NCBI GenBank assembly: GCA_013265495.1
Contig: MU058259.1
Coordinates: forward strand, 442,040 to 506,039
DNA from: Vicugna vicugna
Taxonomy: Eukaryota
DNA length: 64,000 nucleotides
Reading direction: 5' to 3'
The notes beneath the pieces are model-generated. The model saw only the letters and a list, made by a program, of their open reading frames with translations, was not told the DNA's origin and made no database searches. Made by a program: the position numbers and the translations under genes. Positions 37,168 through 48,350 of the stretch are shown piece after piece (position 1 is the first letter of the stretch; every line of letters begins with the position of its first letter).

Positions 37168-38861
37168 CTATCATGGTTTATACTTAAGCACACACAAGGA
37201 AGTTCAGAGTTTAGTCAAGAAAAATGAGGTCAGAAACTTTCAGGTGAAAGGAAGAATTCCTAGAAATAGTAAGTACAGCTAATTAAAAGTCATAATTTCA
37301 GTAGTCAAGCGACACAAAAGGAAAAAAATAAGCTAAATAAACATGCTTTTCAGATCAAAGGTAATTAAGAGGAGAGTCAAGGTAGCCAGAAATCCCCAGA
37401 CTTCAAACTGAAGATGTGAGTCTCTAATCCAGTGAGAGGTAGATTGACTTTCTGGATATCTCTCTCGCCATAAATTCCTCCTGAAAGTCTTGCAAGCTCT
37501 CGGTGACTAGGATCAAAGGGAGAAGATGATTTAGATGCCTATGAACAGGTTTGGAAAACTGGCCTGAAAGCCTGGAGTCAGGAGACATTCCAGAACACAT
37601 CACCTGAAGGACAAGCCGACCTAGTCTGAGAGGCCAGATTCAAATACAAGGAGTTAATTTTACTGCGGGATGATGGCCTTTGTGAATGACGTTTTAGAAG
37701 CACAGTTTCATTAACACTGCACGTGTAAAAGCGAAAGTGGAGAATCTCCTTTCGCCAACAGCAGTGGAAAATACAGATGCTGTTACTGGGGGAAAAGAGT
37801 CAAGTGGGTTTCTTTCTCAAATTCGGAAGAGTAAAACAGTCCTAGTTTATTTTCTTTCAGCTTTGCAATGTGAAGCTTTTCTTCCAGCTGTGTAGTTAGA
37901 GACCTTGACTTCCATGTGATGTTGGAAAATTCTCCATCCAAACCTTTGAGAGATATTAATACTGTCTGACTTTTATTTCAGGGTTGGGTTTCTAAACTAG
38001 ATTATTAGAAGACTCAGTTTTCATTACTGAACCTAGTTTTCTTTCTTTCCACAATTTGTAGGAAGGTGGCTGTTTGTATAAAATAAACATTTCCTCCTCT
38101 TATTCCAGTTAGGTTTTAAAAATATTCTGTCCTAAAATCAAGATTATTTTAAAAAAAATGCTCAACCTCACATTTGGAAGCATCATGCCCTGTTGACTCA
38201 GAGGATTTCACATATTGTCAAATGAACTGTTCTCAAATCCCCTTAAAGAGAAGATTGCAGAGACACTTGTTTTAAACTAACCACCAGCGTTTCCTTACCT
38301 TGTCAGAGGTGTCTGCAGTGTCCCTCAACACACCCAGCAGGATATTATCCACCCCCCCCCGCCTTGACAAAAATGTGTTCGCCATGAACATTTTTAGTAA
38401 AACATTGCAGCCTTCTCTCTCTTCAGCTTTTGTGCAGATTCCCAGCAAAGCGAATAGCTCAAATAAAGTTGGGGCACAAAAGACTTTGTTTCCTAGGTAA
38501 CTTCCAAAAAGGAAAAAAGTTTAGTGTGTGCAAAAGAGATGAGAGAGCAGGAGCTGGAGAGACCTCTCTATCCCAGGCCACATGTTGTAGGCGATTCCTT
38601 CCTTCAATAACAATGAACCGGGAAACAAAGAAAGAATAGTGACCTGACTACAGGCTCTGACCGCAGCCAAAAGCACTTTTTATTTAATGGTGACAGGGAC
38701 AGTTGGCTGCCAGAGAATCCTTTTGTCCTGTTCTCTTTTGATTTGAGAAGCTGAGCCTTTACAATTCTGATAAATATAGGGCAAGTTGAAATTTCTTTCC
38801 TCTGAAGCACAAAGTCCAGGAATGGAGTTAGGTGATGCCTCGAACAGCCTAAACTGAACTG

Positions 38862-39591
38862 NNNNNNNNNNNNNNNNNNNNNNNNNNNNNNNNNNNNNNN
38901 NNNNNNNNNNNNNNNNNNNNNNNNNNNNNNNNNNNNNNNNNNNNNNNNNNNNNNNNNNNNNNNNNNNNNNNNNNNNNNNNNNNNNNNNNNNNNNNNNNNN
39001 NNNNNNNNNNNNNNNNNNNNNNNNNNNNNNNNNNNNNNNNNNNNNNNNNNNNNNNNNNNNNNNNNNNNNNNNNNNNNNNNNNNNNNNNNNNNNNNNNNNN
39101 NNNNNNNNNNNNNNNNNNNNNNNNNNNNNNNNNNNNNNNNNNNNNNNNNNNNNNNNNNNNNNNNNNNNNNNNNNNNNNNNNNNNNNNNNNNNNNNNNNNN
39201 NNNNNNNNNNNNNNNNNNNNNNNNNNNNNNNNNNNNNNNNNNNNNNNNNNNNNNNNNNNNNNNNNNNNNNNNNNNNNNNNNNNNNNNNNNNNNNNNNNNN
39301 NNNNNNNNNNNNNNNNNNNNNNNNNNNNNNNNNNNNNNNNNNNNNNNNNNNNNNNNNNNNNNNNNNNNNNNNNNNNNNNNNNNNNNNNNNNNNNNNNNNN
39401 NNNNNNNNNNNNNNNNNNNNNNNNNNNNNNNNNNNNNNNNNNNNNNNNNNNNNNNNNNNNNNNNNNNNNNNNNNNNNNNNNNNNNNNNNNNNNNNNNNNN
39501 NNNNNNNNNNNNNNNNNNNNNNNNNNNNNNNNNNNNNNNNNNNNNNNNNNNNNNNNNNNNNNNNNNNNNNNNNNNNNNNNNNNNNNNNNNN
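38862..39591. other. Assembly gap (730 N)
   Basis: Run of N, bordered on the right by a G-run. Confidence 1.
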
Positions 39592-39796
39592 GGGGGGGGG
39601 GTGGGGTTTAAATGGGAAAAAAGCCAATGACATGAGTGTCTACATTATGTTTTATTTAATTCAAGTTAGGAAGATACCACTCTTTAAATTGATTTTAAGG
39701 AATACCTGTTAGTTAGAAGCAACAGTCTGCCATAAAGTTCAAAGAGAGAAGAAAGGGAAAGTGTCTTGAGAGAGCGGAATAGGCTGTGACCAGTAC

Positions 39797-39859
39797 CTTT
39801 CTACTCCATGGGGTCATGTGGCAACATTCAGTGGGGGAGGGCGAACGGGTGCTGTTAAA
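39797..39859 (-). CDS. NHS: NHS 63-nt in-frame cassette exon (exon 3a type)
   Basis: Acceptor atgttcatag|TTT, donor AAG|gtactg; FNSTRSPSPTECCHMTPWSRK, phase 0/0, matches the 21-aa insert of the long human NHS isoform as recalled. Not in the ORF track. Confidence 0.88.
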
Positions 39860-40009
39860 CTATGAACATGAAATGCAAAAAAAAAAAATTAAAAACATGC
39901 ACACAACACGTAGTATAACCTGGTTAAGCCAAATCTATGGTATTAATGAATGAATATCCTGGAATAACTAACGCCCGCCCTTCCTTCAGAACGCGTCTTT
40001 GTTTTATGA

Positions 40010-40235
40010 GAATTGGCATAAATAGTGGTTAAGAGCGCAGACTCCGGAGCTAGACTGAGTGCCAGGCCTGACTCTGCCAGTTATTTGCTGTGTACCCAGG
40101 GGCTCCAAGGTCCGTTTTCTCATCAGTAAAATAGGAAAATAATAGTATTTACCTTCCAGGGCCATTGTGAGGATTAAATGAGTAAATATACATAATAGGC
40201 TTAGAAGAATCCTGGCACTTAATAACGTTAGTGTC
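40010..40235 (+). mobile_element. MIR
   Basis: atagtggttaagagcgcagactccggagctagactg...ttttctcatcagtaaaataggaaaataatagt...ttgtgaggattaaatgag. Confidence 0.85.
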
Positions 40236-40479
40236 ACCTGCCGCCGCTGCTGTTGCTACTGTCACCCTTACCTGGTAGCTGCAAAATATCCGTGAAGTTG
40301 TCTTCGTAAATTGTAACTTTCTATTTTTTAGATCCAAGTCCCATTTGGTAATTTGGGAGAGACAATTATTTTCTTTCCTTAGAGTGAGTTTATTTTCTTG
40401 TGAACCACTTGGAAGAAAATTTCTTGTGTATAATTTCCTCCTCTGGACTGCCCAAAATTTTCCTCTTCCTCATATTCAT

Positions 40480-40655
40480 AGGCTATGTTTGAAGACAAGT
40501 TTCATGGGTGTGTGACCTGTGCAGTCACACAGGGCCCCACACTCAGAAGGACTCCTTGGTTTAATGCTTTCACTGTCTTGAAATTCTTAGTTTTTGAGTA
40601 CGGGGTCCTGCATTTTCATTTTGCACTGGGCCCCACAAATCATGTAACAAACCCT
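40480..40655 (+). mobile_element. MER91A-like non-autonomous DNA transposon
   Basis: ttcatgggtgtgtgacctgtgcagtcacacagggccccacactcagaagg...gcattttcattttgcactgggccccacaaat matches the recalled MER91A consensus. Confidence 0.75.
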
Positions 40656-43600
40656 GTTTGGAGAATAACCTAGTAACCAGAATCCTCTTTTCAGGATCTA
40701 CTGAGAAGGACAGTGAAACTCTTAAACTCGAAACCACGTCAGCTTTGGATTCAGTTAGCTCTCTATTACAGCACTTTCCACATATAGCATTGCTATACTG
40801 TAACATGAATTATCCCTGGATGTGGCTTTTTATCTATTAGGTTATGAATTCCTAGAGATCAGGGGCCACATTTAATTTTCTTTTCAGTCTTCCATGATGC
40901 TCGCAAAATGCCTCCTCATTGGAAGAGCTCAATAAATTATTTGTGCACTTGAATGTTACCAGCTCTGTATGTTTTTAGCAGTGATGGGAAACCCAAATAA
41001 ATTAAGGGTCGTGCTCAGGCTCTCAGGAGGAGACACCACAGAATCCAAGAGTACTTACCATCTTAGTGCGAATAGGCGAAAACAATTAGAGGAAACCACA
41101 GGCAGTGCCTGGTTCCATCAGGAGCTCAGTATTGATGTATGCAGTTCTAGTTATTCTTAAGCCTGTGGCACACATGTATTTCAGGGCAGTGGTGAGGAAG
41201 ACTCAAGGTCTAATTCTGTTTTAACTTTCTAAATTTTCACTGACAGGGTTGCTCATTAATTTTTAAGCAAGGCAAATGCCATCTCCTTAGGCCCAGTTAA
41301 CTTTGATCTAGATCTTACTGAAGATATATGATTTTGTAGGCTCCCCCATTGAAAGCGATCATTTTGACAGATGTGGTATATGTGGCCTGAGTTCAGAGAA
41401 TACCTTGGCTCTGTCACAGGACTCAGTCATAGATGCTGATGTGCAGGTCTCTCAAATAAGACTGCAGTATGCAAAATAGAGAACTCAGGGAAGTAAGAAA
41501 AAGGGAACCTGAACGCAAAGCCTACATGGCAAACGAACCTGTTTCCAAGAAACCAGAGGTGTCTCAAAAAATTACACAGCAGGAAACTGCAAGGCAGAAA
41601 ACATTAGTGATATTAATATCAACATATTAATTTTGGTAGTTTGTCTTAAATCTCCTTAGTCAGCTTTCCTGCTGAGTATTTTTTCCGGGAGTGAGGGGTG
41701 AGTGGTTTTCCTCATCTGTATGAGAAACGCCCCCATCCCATAAACAAGCATGAGGTAACACCTGGGAATGACTAAGGCTAGCAAGTCCAGAGAGAGCGCA
41801 GACCATTCGGTTTGGTCACCCACCATCATTAAGTCAAGGTCTCTGTGGGTTACACTCCACAGAAGATTCCCTCTCAGCTAGTTGATTTACAATATTATGT
41901 CAGTTCCCAGTGTACAACCCACTCTTTTGACAGTGGTGCCGACCTCCAGCTTGTGAGAGCTGAACCTAGGCACTCCTGAGCTTGTGTGTGGAAGGATTGT
42001 GTCCTTTGGTTCCACCACCTAGAAACAAGCACTCGGGCCCCTGCAGATGGTCTGTCAATGTAGAGGAGTTAAGTTTATAATATGCAGATGGTCTATGGTT
42101 TTATTCCTGCCATGAATTAGTAACTGCCTTAGTGTAGTGTTTTAAAGCATCTTCTTTCCTGGATATTTGGTCAAAGGGAAAAAAATCGTTTTGAATATTT
42201 CTGATTAGACTTTTATATGGTGAATAAAATAATCAGGTCATACCATTTCCCCCCTAAATTATCTAAGAAATAAAACTGCAAGAGAACTGCTACCTCGGGG
42301 CATCTCTGCATGGCCCAGCATGCCATTCCTTAATGTGCAGATGGATAAGGTTAGGAAAAGCTGCGTACTGATCAAACTTGTATGAACAGAATTATTCTTT
42401 AAAGGCTCTATTTAAATTAATCCTATTGCTTATTCAGAGTAAGACTTGTAAGGGCAGGAACCCATTTCTTGTTCACAGTATTCCTACTGCCTAAGTAATG
42501 CTCAGTCAATATTTGTTGTATTGCTAACACCGCCACGTGCCTGGCATAAGCAAACAAAAATCCTCTCTAAAGAAATAGTGTCAAATTATTTCTACATATA
42601 ATTGTTTAGTATAACATCCAGCACAGAGTCAAAGATAATAAGGCAAGGAGGAGACAAGTCAGCATGAGCAGGAAGCATCCCAAACAGCAGATGCTAGAAG
42701 CAGACCCCTAGGGAATCCTGCCATTGGAATTATTGCACCTGCAGGAGTAACAGTGATCAGCCTTAGCTTCCCCAGAATAAGAATGTGGGAAGATTGTTAG
42801 ACCACTCATTCATTCATTCAGGAGCATTTCTTTGATGAGGGTCAAAATCAGCCCCAGTATAAACAAGCTCTAAGATTAAAAAGAGTATCTCCTTCATGAG
42901 TATATGCATGTTCACTGTTCGATTCTTTTGACTTTTCTGTACTTTTCATGAAATGTTTCATTAACAAAACACTGAAGGAAAGTGCAGAAAAATTTCTCCT
43001 TCCTTTTCCAGGCTTCCATTCTGGCCCTCCCACTGGTTTTGAGAGGCCTCAGACTCCAAGTTGCACCATTTTAGAATCAGCCACCACCAGTCATCTGGTC
43101 CCTGACAAAAGATGCTTCTTTGATGCTTTCACAGAATTTTTGTCCTTGCTGGCCCCATCAATTACATACATACTCTCAAACACTTTCCCTAACTTCCTAT
43201 GGAACTGCTTCAACAAAAGCTGGAGTTAGAACGAGTGTTCAGAATAAGAAATAACAGACATTATACTCAGAAGCAAATAAATTTCTTTGGTGAATAATGA
43301 AAGAATATTTTCCAAATGCCAATTTTTCTTGTGATGTGTATGTGAGAAAGTTCATGTCTCCACTTTTGTGGCTATGTACAAGTGTTTGTCCAAAGATCTC
43401 AAACTTTCTCCAATCTTTCTCTTACTGCCCAAAGAAAAAAATAATAATCCCTCCACAGTTTACTTGCTTTTCGGTTTTCTTTTACATGCTGACGGGGGCT
43501 TATTTTGCTTCAAAACTTTCCAAAAGACATCTGTTAAAATGTTGTGGGTATTCCAGCAGGAAATGTTTTGAAAAATTGGCTCTGGTTTATGACCTAACCG

Positions 43601-44649
43601 ATACCGCATGGCATTTACAGCAGTCCACTTTCAGAGCTGATTTATTACTGTCATGCTATCTTAAACATGAGAAATGTTTACTAGAGAGTAGATGTTGTGG
43701 CACATTTGAATACAGGAATAAAACCTTACAGCGAAGATGTCTATTGCGAGCCTTGCTGGGTACCTAGTGAGGTGATATGAGATCTTACTGCCATTCTGTC
43801 CTGGGGCCTGTTTGTCCTTAGACCAAGTCCTTGCATTTCTGCACATATTATGGCCTATCTGTGAGATTGAGGGGAATTTGTCTGCCTCAGTTTTTCTTCA
43901 CTGGAGCATGTGTACGTGTTGTACATAAATATGAAGTGTTTTGAGCTTTGTGGAAGGCTTAAAGGAGTTTGGCAATACCTTCTTCACACATCACTCTTGC
44001 TGCTGCAATTACATTGCACTGTTACTCCCCGAGACTGTCCCAGTCTCCTGCTGGCTGGCACTGCGCTCCTACCTTCCGGACATGTTTAGTAGAATCGTTT
44101 TAAACTCATACTTGTGCTTCTCCCTTTCCTCTCTTCTCCCCTCCAACCTTTACCAAAGTGAACAGCCGTGGGAAAACAAAATGGCGAGGTCAGAGTTCAG
44201 GATACATGCTAGGCTTTCCCTGTCCGAAGCCTTTCTTCCCTTTCCTGGTTTCTCCTTTGTCACTGCACCCTCCCCGGCGGCCAGGGCCTTCATATTTCCA
44301 CAGAGGGCCTGAAGTCAGCACCCCAAGTGCCCCAGCCCTTCACACCACACTCCCAGCCACGGATGCCTCACGTCAATGTGCTGTGAACTCCTGGTGATAC
44401 ACCCAAAGGAGTAAGTCTCTGCAGCATAATTCTGGACAGTGGTTGCAGCCTAGATATTTGGGAACAGGTGCCCACTGAGATCTTCCTCTTTTAACCACTT
44501 CATGCATTGATACCTGTTTAAAACACTAAAATGCCTAAACATTCAGGACTGGGAAAAATGGCCTTATCATTATTGGTATGTCTGGTTTTCCAAATCACAC
44601 CTTCATTTCTCTTCCCTGACAGATATTGCCACCACCACTTCCTCAATAT

Positions 44650-46035
44650 TCCTGAGAAGCACTTTGCAAAACAAAATATACAAAAGGCCAATATGCATAT
44701 GTAAAGGCACTCAGCATCATTTCTCATCAGGAAAATCCACATGAAAACCACAGTGATATACTACTGTATACGAGAGGGGCTGAAATTAAAGAGAGTAATA
44801 ATACCAGGTGTTGGCAAAGATGTAAAGCAACTAGAACTCTCATAAATTGCTGGGGGAAGAATACACAGTGGTGTAGCCACTTCAGAGATTGGCAGTGTCT
44901 GATAAACATATGTCTACTTTTTCTTAAAATTAATTTTAAAACTTTTTTTAATATAAGTATAGTTGATTTACAATATTGTATTAGTTTCAGGTATACAGCA
45001 AAGTGATTCAGTTATATATATACATATATTCTTTTTTAGATTCTTTTCAATTTTAGGTTATTACAAGATACTGACTATAGTCCTGTGGTATGCAGTAAAT
45101 CCTTGTTGTTTATCTATTTCATATTTAGTGGTGTGTATCTGCTAATTCCCATACTCCTAATTTATCCCACCCTCACTGTTTTCCCCTTTGGTAACCCTGA
45201 GTCTGTTTTCTTTGTGAGTCTGCTTCTGTTTTGTAAATAAGTTCATTTGTGTCATATTTTAGATTCCACATGTAAGTGTCATCACGTGATATTTGTCTTT
45301 CTCTGCCTGACTTACTTCACTTACTATGATAATCTCTAGGTCCATCCATGTTGCTGCACACAGTGGGATATCTATGTATGTGTGTGTACACACACACATA
45401 TATACACCACATTTTCTTTATCCATTCATGTGTCAGTAGACATTTAGGTTGCTTCCATGTCTTGCTTATGTAAAGAGTGCTGCTATGAACATTGAGGTGC
45501 ATGTTATCTTTTTGAATTAGAGTTTCCTCCAGATATATGCCCAGGAGTGGAACTGTTGAATCATATGCCAACTCTATTTTTAGTTTTTTAAGGAACCTCC
45601 ATACTGTTTTCCATAATGGCTGCACCAATTTACATCCTACCAACAGTGTGTAGGAGGGTTCCCTTTTCTCCACACTCTCCAGCATTTATTACTTGTAGAA
45701 CATATGTCTGTTTTAATTCTCTCAGGTATTTGGAGATAAGAAACATAAGTATGTCCACAAAAAACCTTTTACAAAAATATTTATAGCAGCTTTATTCATA
45801 AAAGCCTTCCCCCTGCCAAAAAAAAAAAAAAAAAACCCAAAACCCTATAACTAGAAACTCAAATATCCACCAAGAGCAGAATGGATAAACAAGTTGTGGA
45901 CTACTGTATTCATACCATGGAATAGTACACAGTAATAAACAAGAACATGCTACTGATACATGCAACATCGACCTCAGAAAAACCGTATGGAACGATAGAA
46001 GCCAGACACAAAGGAGTACGCTGCTCATTCACTTT
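44650..46035 (+). mobile_element. Old L1M fragment, interrupted by a younger L1
   Basis: ggccaatatgcatatgtaaaggcactcagcatcatt...atgaaaaccacagtgatatac...tgttggcaaagatgtaaagcaactagaactctc, resuming after ~45710. Confidence 0.75.
44916..45698 (-). mobile_element. 5'-truncated L1 (ORF2 C-terminus + 3'UTR)
   Basis: ORF 45317..45685 ([23 protein letters not shown]...LLGIY) is the L1 ORF2 C-terminus; TSD aacatatgtct at 44905-44915 and 45699-45709. Confidence 0.9.
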
Positions 46036-46924
46036 TGAATCCTGTTGATAGACTGATAGACGTTTTGTGTATGAGATCAGCCCCTAGTGAGCAGAGCTTG
46101 GACAGCAATGGCAATGGTGCAGTTTTCACCCTAAGAGAGGCTTTCTGAAAAAGTGTGGAGCCACGGAGAATCTCCGTCCTTTTGATCTCAGCTGCAACTG
46201 AACGAAAATTCTTAGGGTGATAAAATGCAGAATGATTTTATGTATTTCCAAGTTCAGCAACACTTTGTTTAACGGCGTTCTATTAATGAAGCAATTTAAA
46301 TGTGCAGAGCATAGCAGAATTATATTTTGAAGCATGCGTGGAAAGTCATCTACACGTGAATGGAAAAGAGGGCCCCAGGGAAGCCAGGAGGGAGAACACT
46401 TCCACAGCCACTCCGTTGTCTATTTGCAGGAGTTGCTCTGGACTGTCAAGAAGAGCACAGAACAAGGCTCACTGGACTATGATCCCTGTGATGTTGCTTG
46501 CTGCCAGTGAGCATCTTATTCATCCCCTATGGCCAGTCTTGCCAAGTAGGGGGGTCATTGCCAAGGGCCACTCAGCGTCAGTCCTCAAAGCTTGCAACAC
46601 CACATAAAAGACAGGGGCAGGGAAGAAGCAGGCTGGGCTTTGAAGTGCAGGGAAGAAGGAGGCTTTGAACTGCTATAGCCGGCACAGATACCCTCACCCA
46701 AATCCCAGGAGCTGGCAGCGTGCGTCCCAGAACAGCCCAGACCCGCACGGGAGGTTCCTCACCCTCCGGGCCTTCCCTCAGCTGGGGGCTCAGAGGCGCA
46801 CGGAAAGTGAAGAGCTGTTGCATGTTTGGTCCCAGGCAAGTGACACTTCTCCCTTGTAACTCAGGCCAGATGTGGCAAAAGCTTGGTAAGGTCATACTGG
46901 ACCTCAGCACAGCAGGTTTTTTTT

Positions 46925-47860
46925 TCTAGTAATGATGTGTTTTATATAATTCATATATATATGTATATATTTTAAATAGACTTTATTCTTTTAGAGCAGT
47001 TTCAGGTTCACAACAGAATTAAGCAGAAAATACAGAGTTCACCCATAGCCCTCCCCACCCACACATATATACTCCCCTACCCGCACCATCCCTCATCAGT
47101 GTGGCATATTTGGTACAGTTGATGAACCAACATGGACACATTATCAACCAAAGTCCATAGTTTACATTAGGGCTCACTCTCAATGTTGTATATTCTATGG
47201 GCTTTGACAAATGCATAATGACAAGTAGCCACCACTATAGTTTCATACAGAATAATTTCATTGCCCTAAAAAATCCCTTGTGCCCCATCTATTCATTCCT
47301 CCCTCCCTCCCTCTCCCCAAACCCCTGGAAACCACGATCTTTTTATTGTTTCTGTAGCTCTGCCTTTTCCAGAATGTCATTTGGTTGGGTCATACTTGAC
47401 CTCAGCACAGCAGATTTTTTAAAAATAAAAAAAGGCAAAACCTTCCCGTACATAAGCCATGCAGATTCCTTCTTTACTTTTCCTGTCTTTTTTTCCTTTT
47501 TTTAATTGACTCTTTTTCGGGGAAGAGGGGGTATATAATAGCTCCATGAACGTTAACACATGCAGAGACTCATGTCACCCTACCACAATCAGGATTCAGA
47601 GCGTTTCCATTGTCCCAAAAAAGTCCCGTGTGCTATCCCTGTATCATCACCATCTCCCCCGACTCCTAGCCCCTGGCAACCACTCATCTGGTCTCCACTG
47701 CTATGGTCTTGTCTTTTTGAAAATGTCATATAGATGCAGTTGTACCTTTTGAGACTGGCTTCTTTCACTCAGCATAACTCCTTTGAGATCCAAGTTGTTG
47801 TGTGTATCAGTAATTCCTTCCTTTTTATTGTCAGTACTATTCCATTGTCTGCTTATACTT
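46925..47860 (-). mobile_element. Two old L1M 3'-end fragments (~46925-47390 and ~47500-47860)
   Basis: ttttagagcagtttcaggttcacaacagaattaagcagaaaatacagagttc...ccaaagtccatagtttacattagggctcactct; ccctggcaaccactcatctg...ttttgagactggcttctttcactcagcata. Confidence 0.8.
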
Positions 47861-48074
47861 TGAACAATGAAATGTCTCAGGTATGCAAGAGAATGTCAAC
47901 CTGAGAATATTCTGTAATGATGTGTACAGACAGGTAACTTTATTGGCTCTTCCACAGCCAGGATGATGTTTGGAGAAGAAAGAAAGAATTCCAAAACTAA
48001 AATCTACAACAGAGAATTTTATTTCTCACAATATTTAATATAAACCAGACTCACTGGCTAATGTTTTCATTAGC

Positions 48075-48350
48075 TATTGTGCTGGCTATTAAGCTGTTGT
48101 CTGTCAGCTCCAAATAGATTTCTTCCCTACTCTGTTATTGCCTGGACTCTGCACACAACGTTTCTTCCTCGCCAGCTGCTCCCTCTTAGGTTCTGTCCTA
48201 GGAATGTCAGCTGCTTGCTGCACTCACTAGCTCTGTGTCACCTAGTTTCCCATTTTCCATGTCAGTCTTACAATACCTTCCCCATATTGAATCCTCTCTA
48301 TTAAAATAACTGCTGTGGCTACTATTCTCCTTACTGGACCTTGATTGATA
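48075..48350 (+). mobile_element. LTR33-like ERVL solo LTR relic
   Basis: tgtgctggctattaagctgttgtctgtcagctccaaa...cttcctcgccagctgctccctcttaggttctg resembles the recalled LTR33 5' end. Confidence 0.5.

Noticed and set aside
38680..39633. 317-aa ORF in the track
   Set aside because: Artefact of translating through the N gap.
43297..44397. 156-aa and 123-aa plus-strand ORFs
   Set aside because: Composition typical of AT-rich non-coding DNA; no homology or exon structure recognised.
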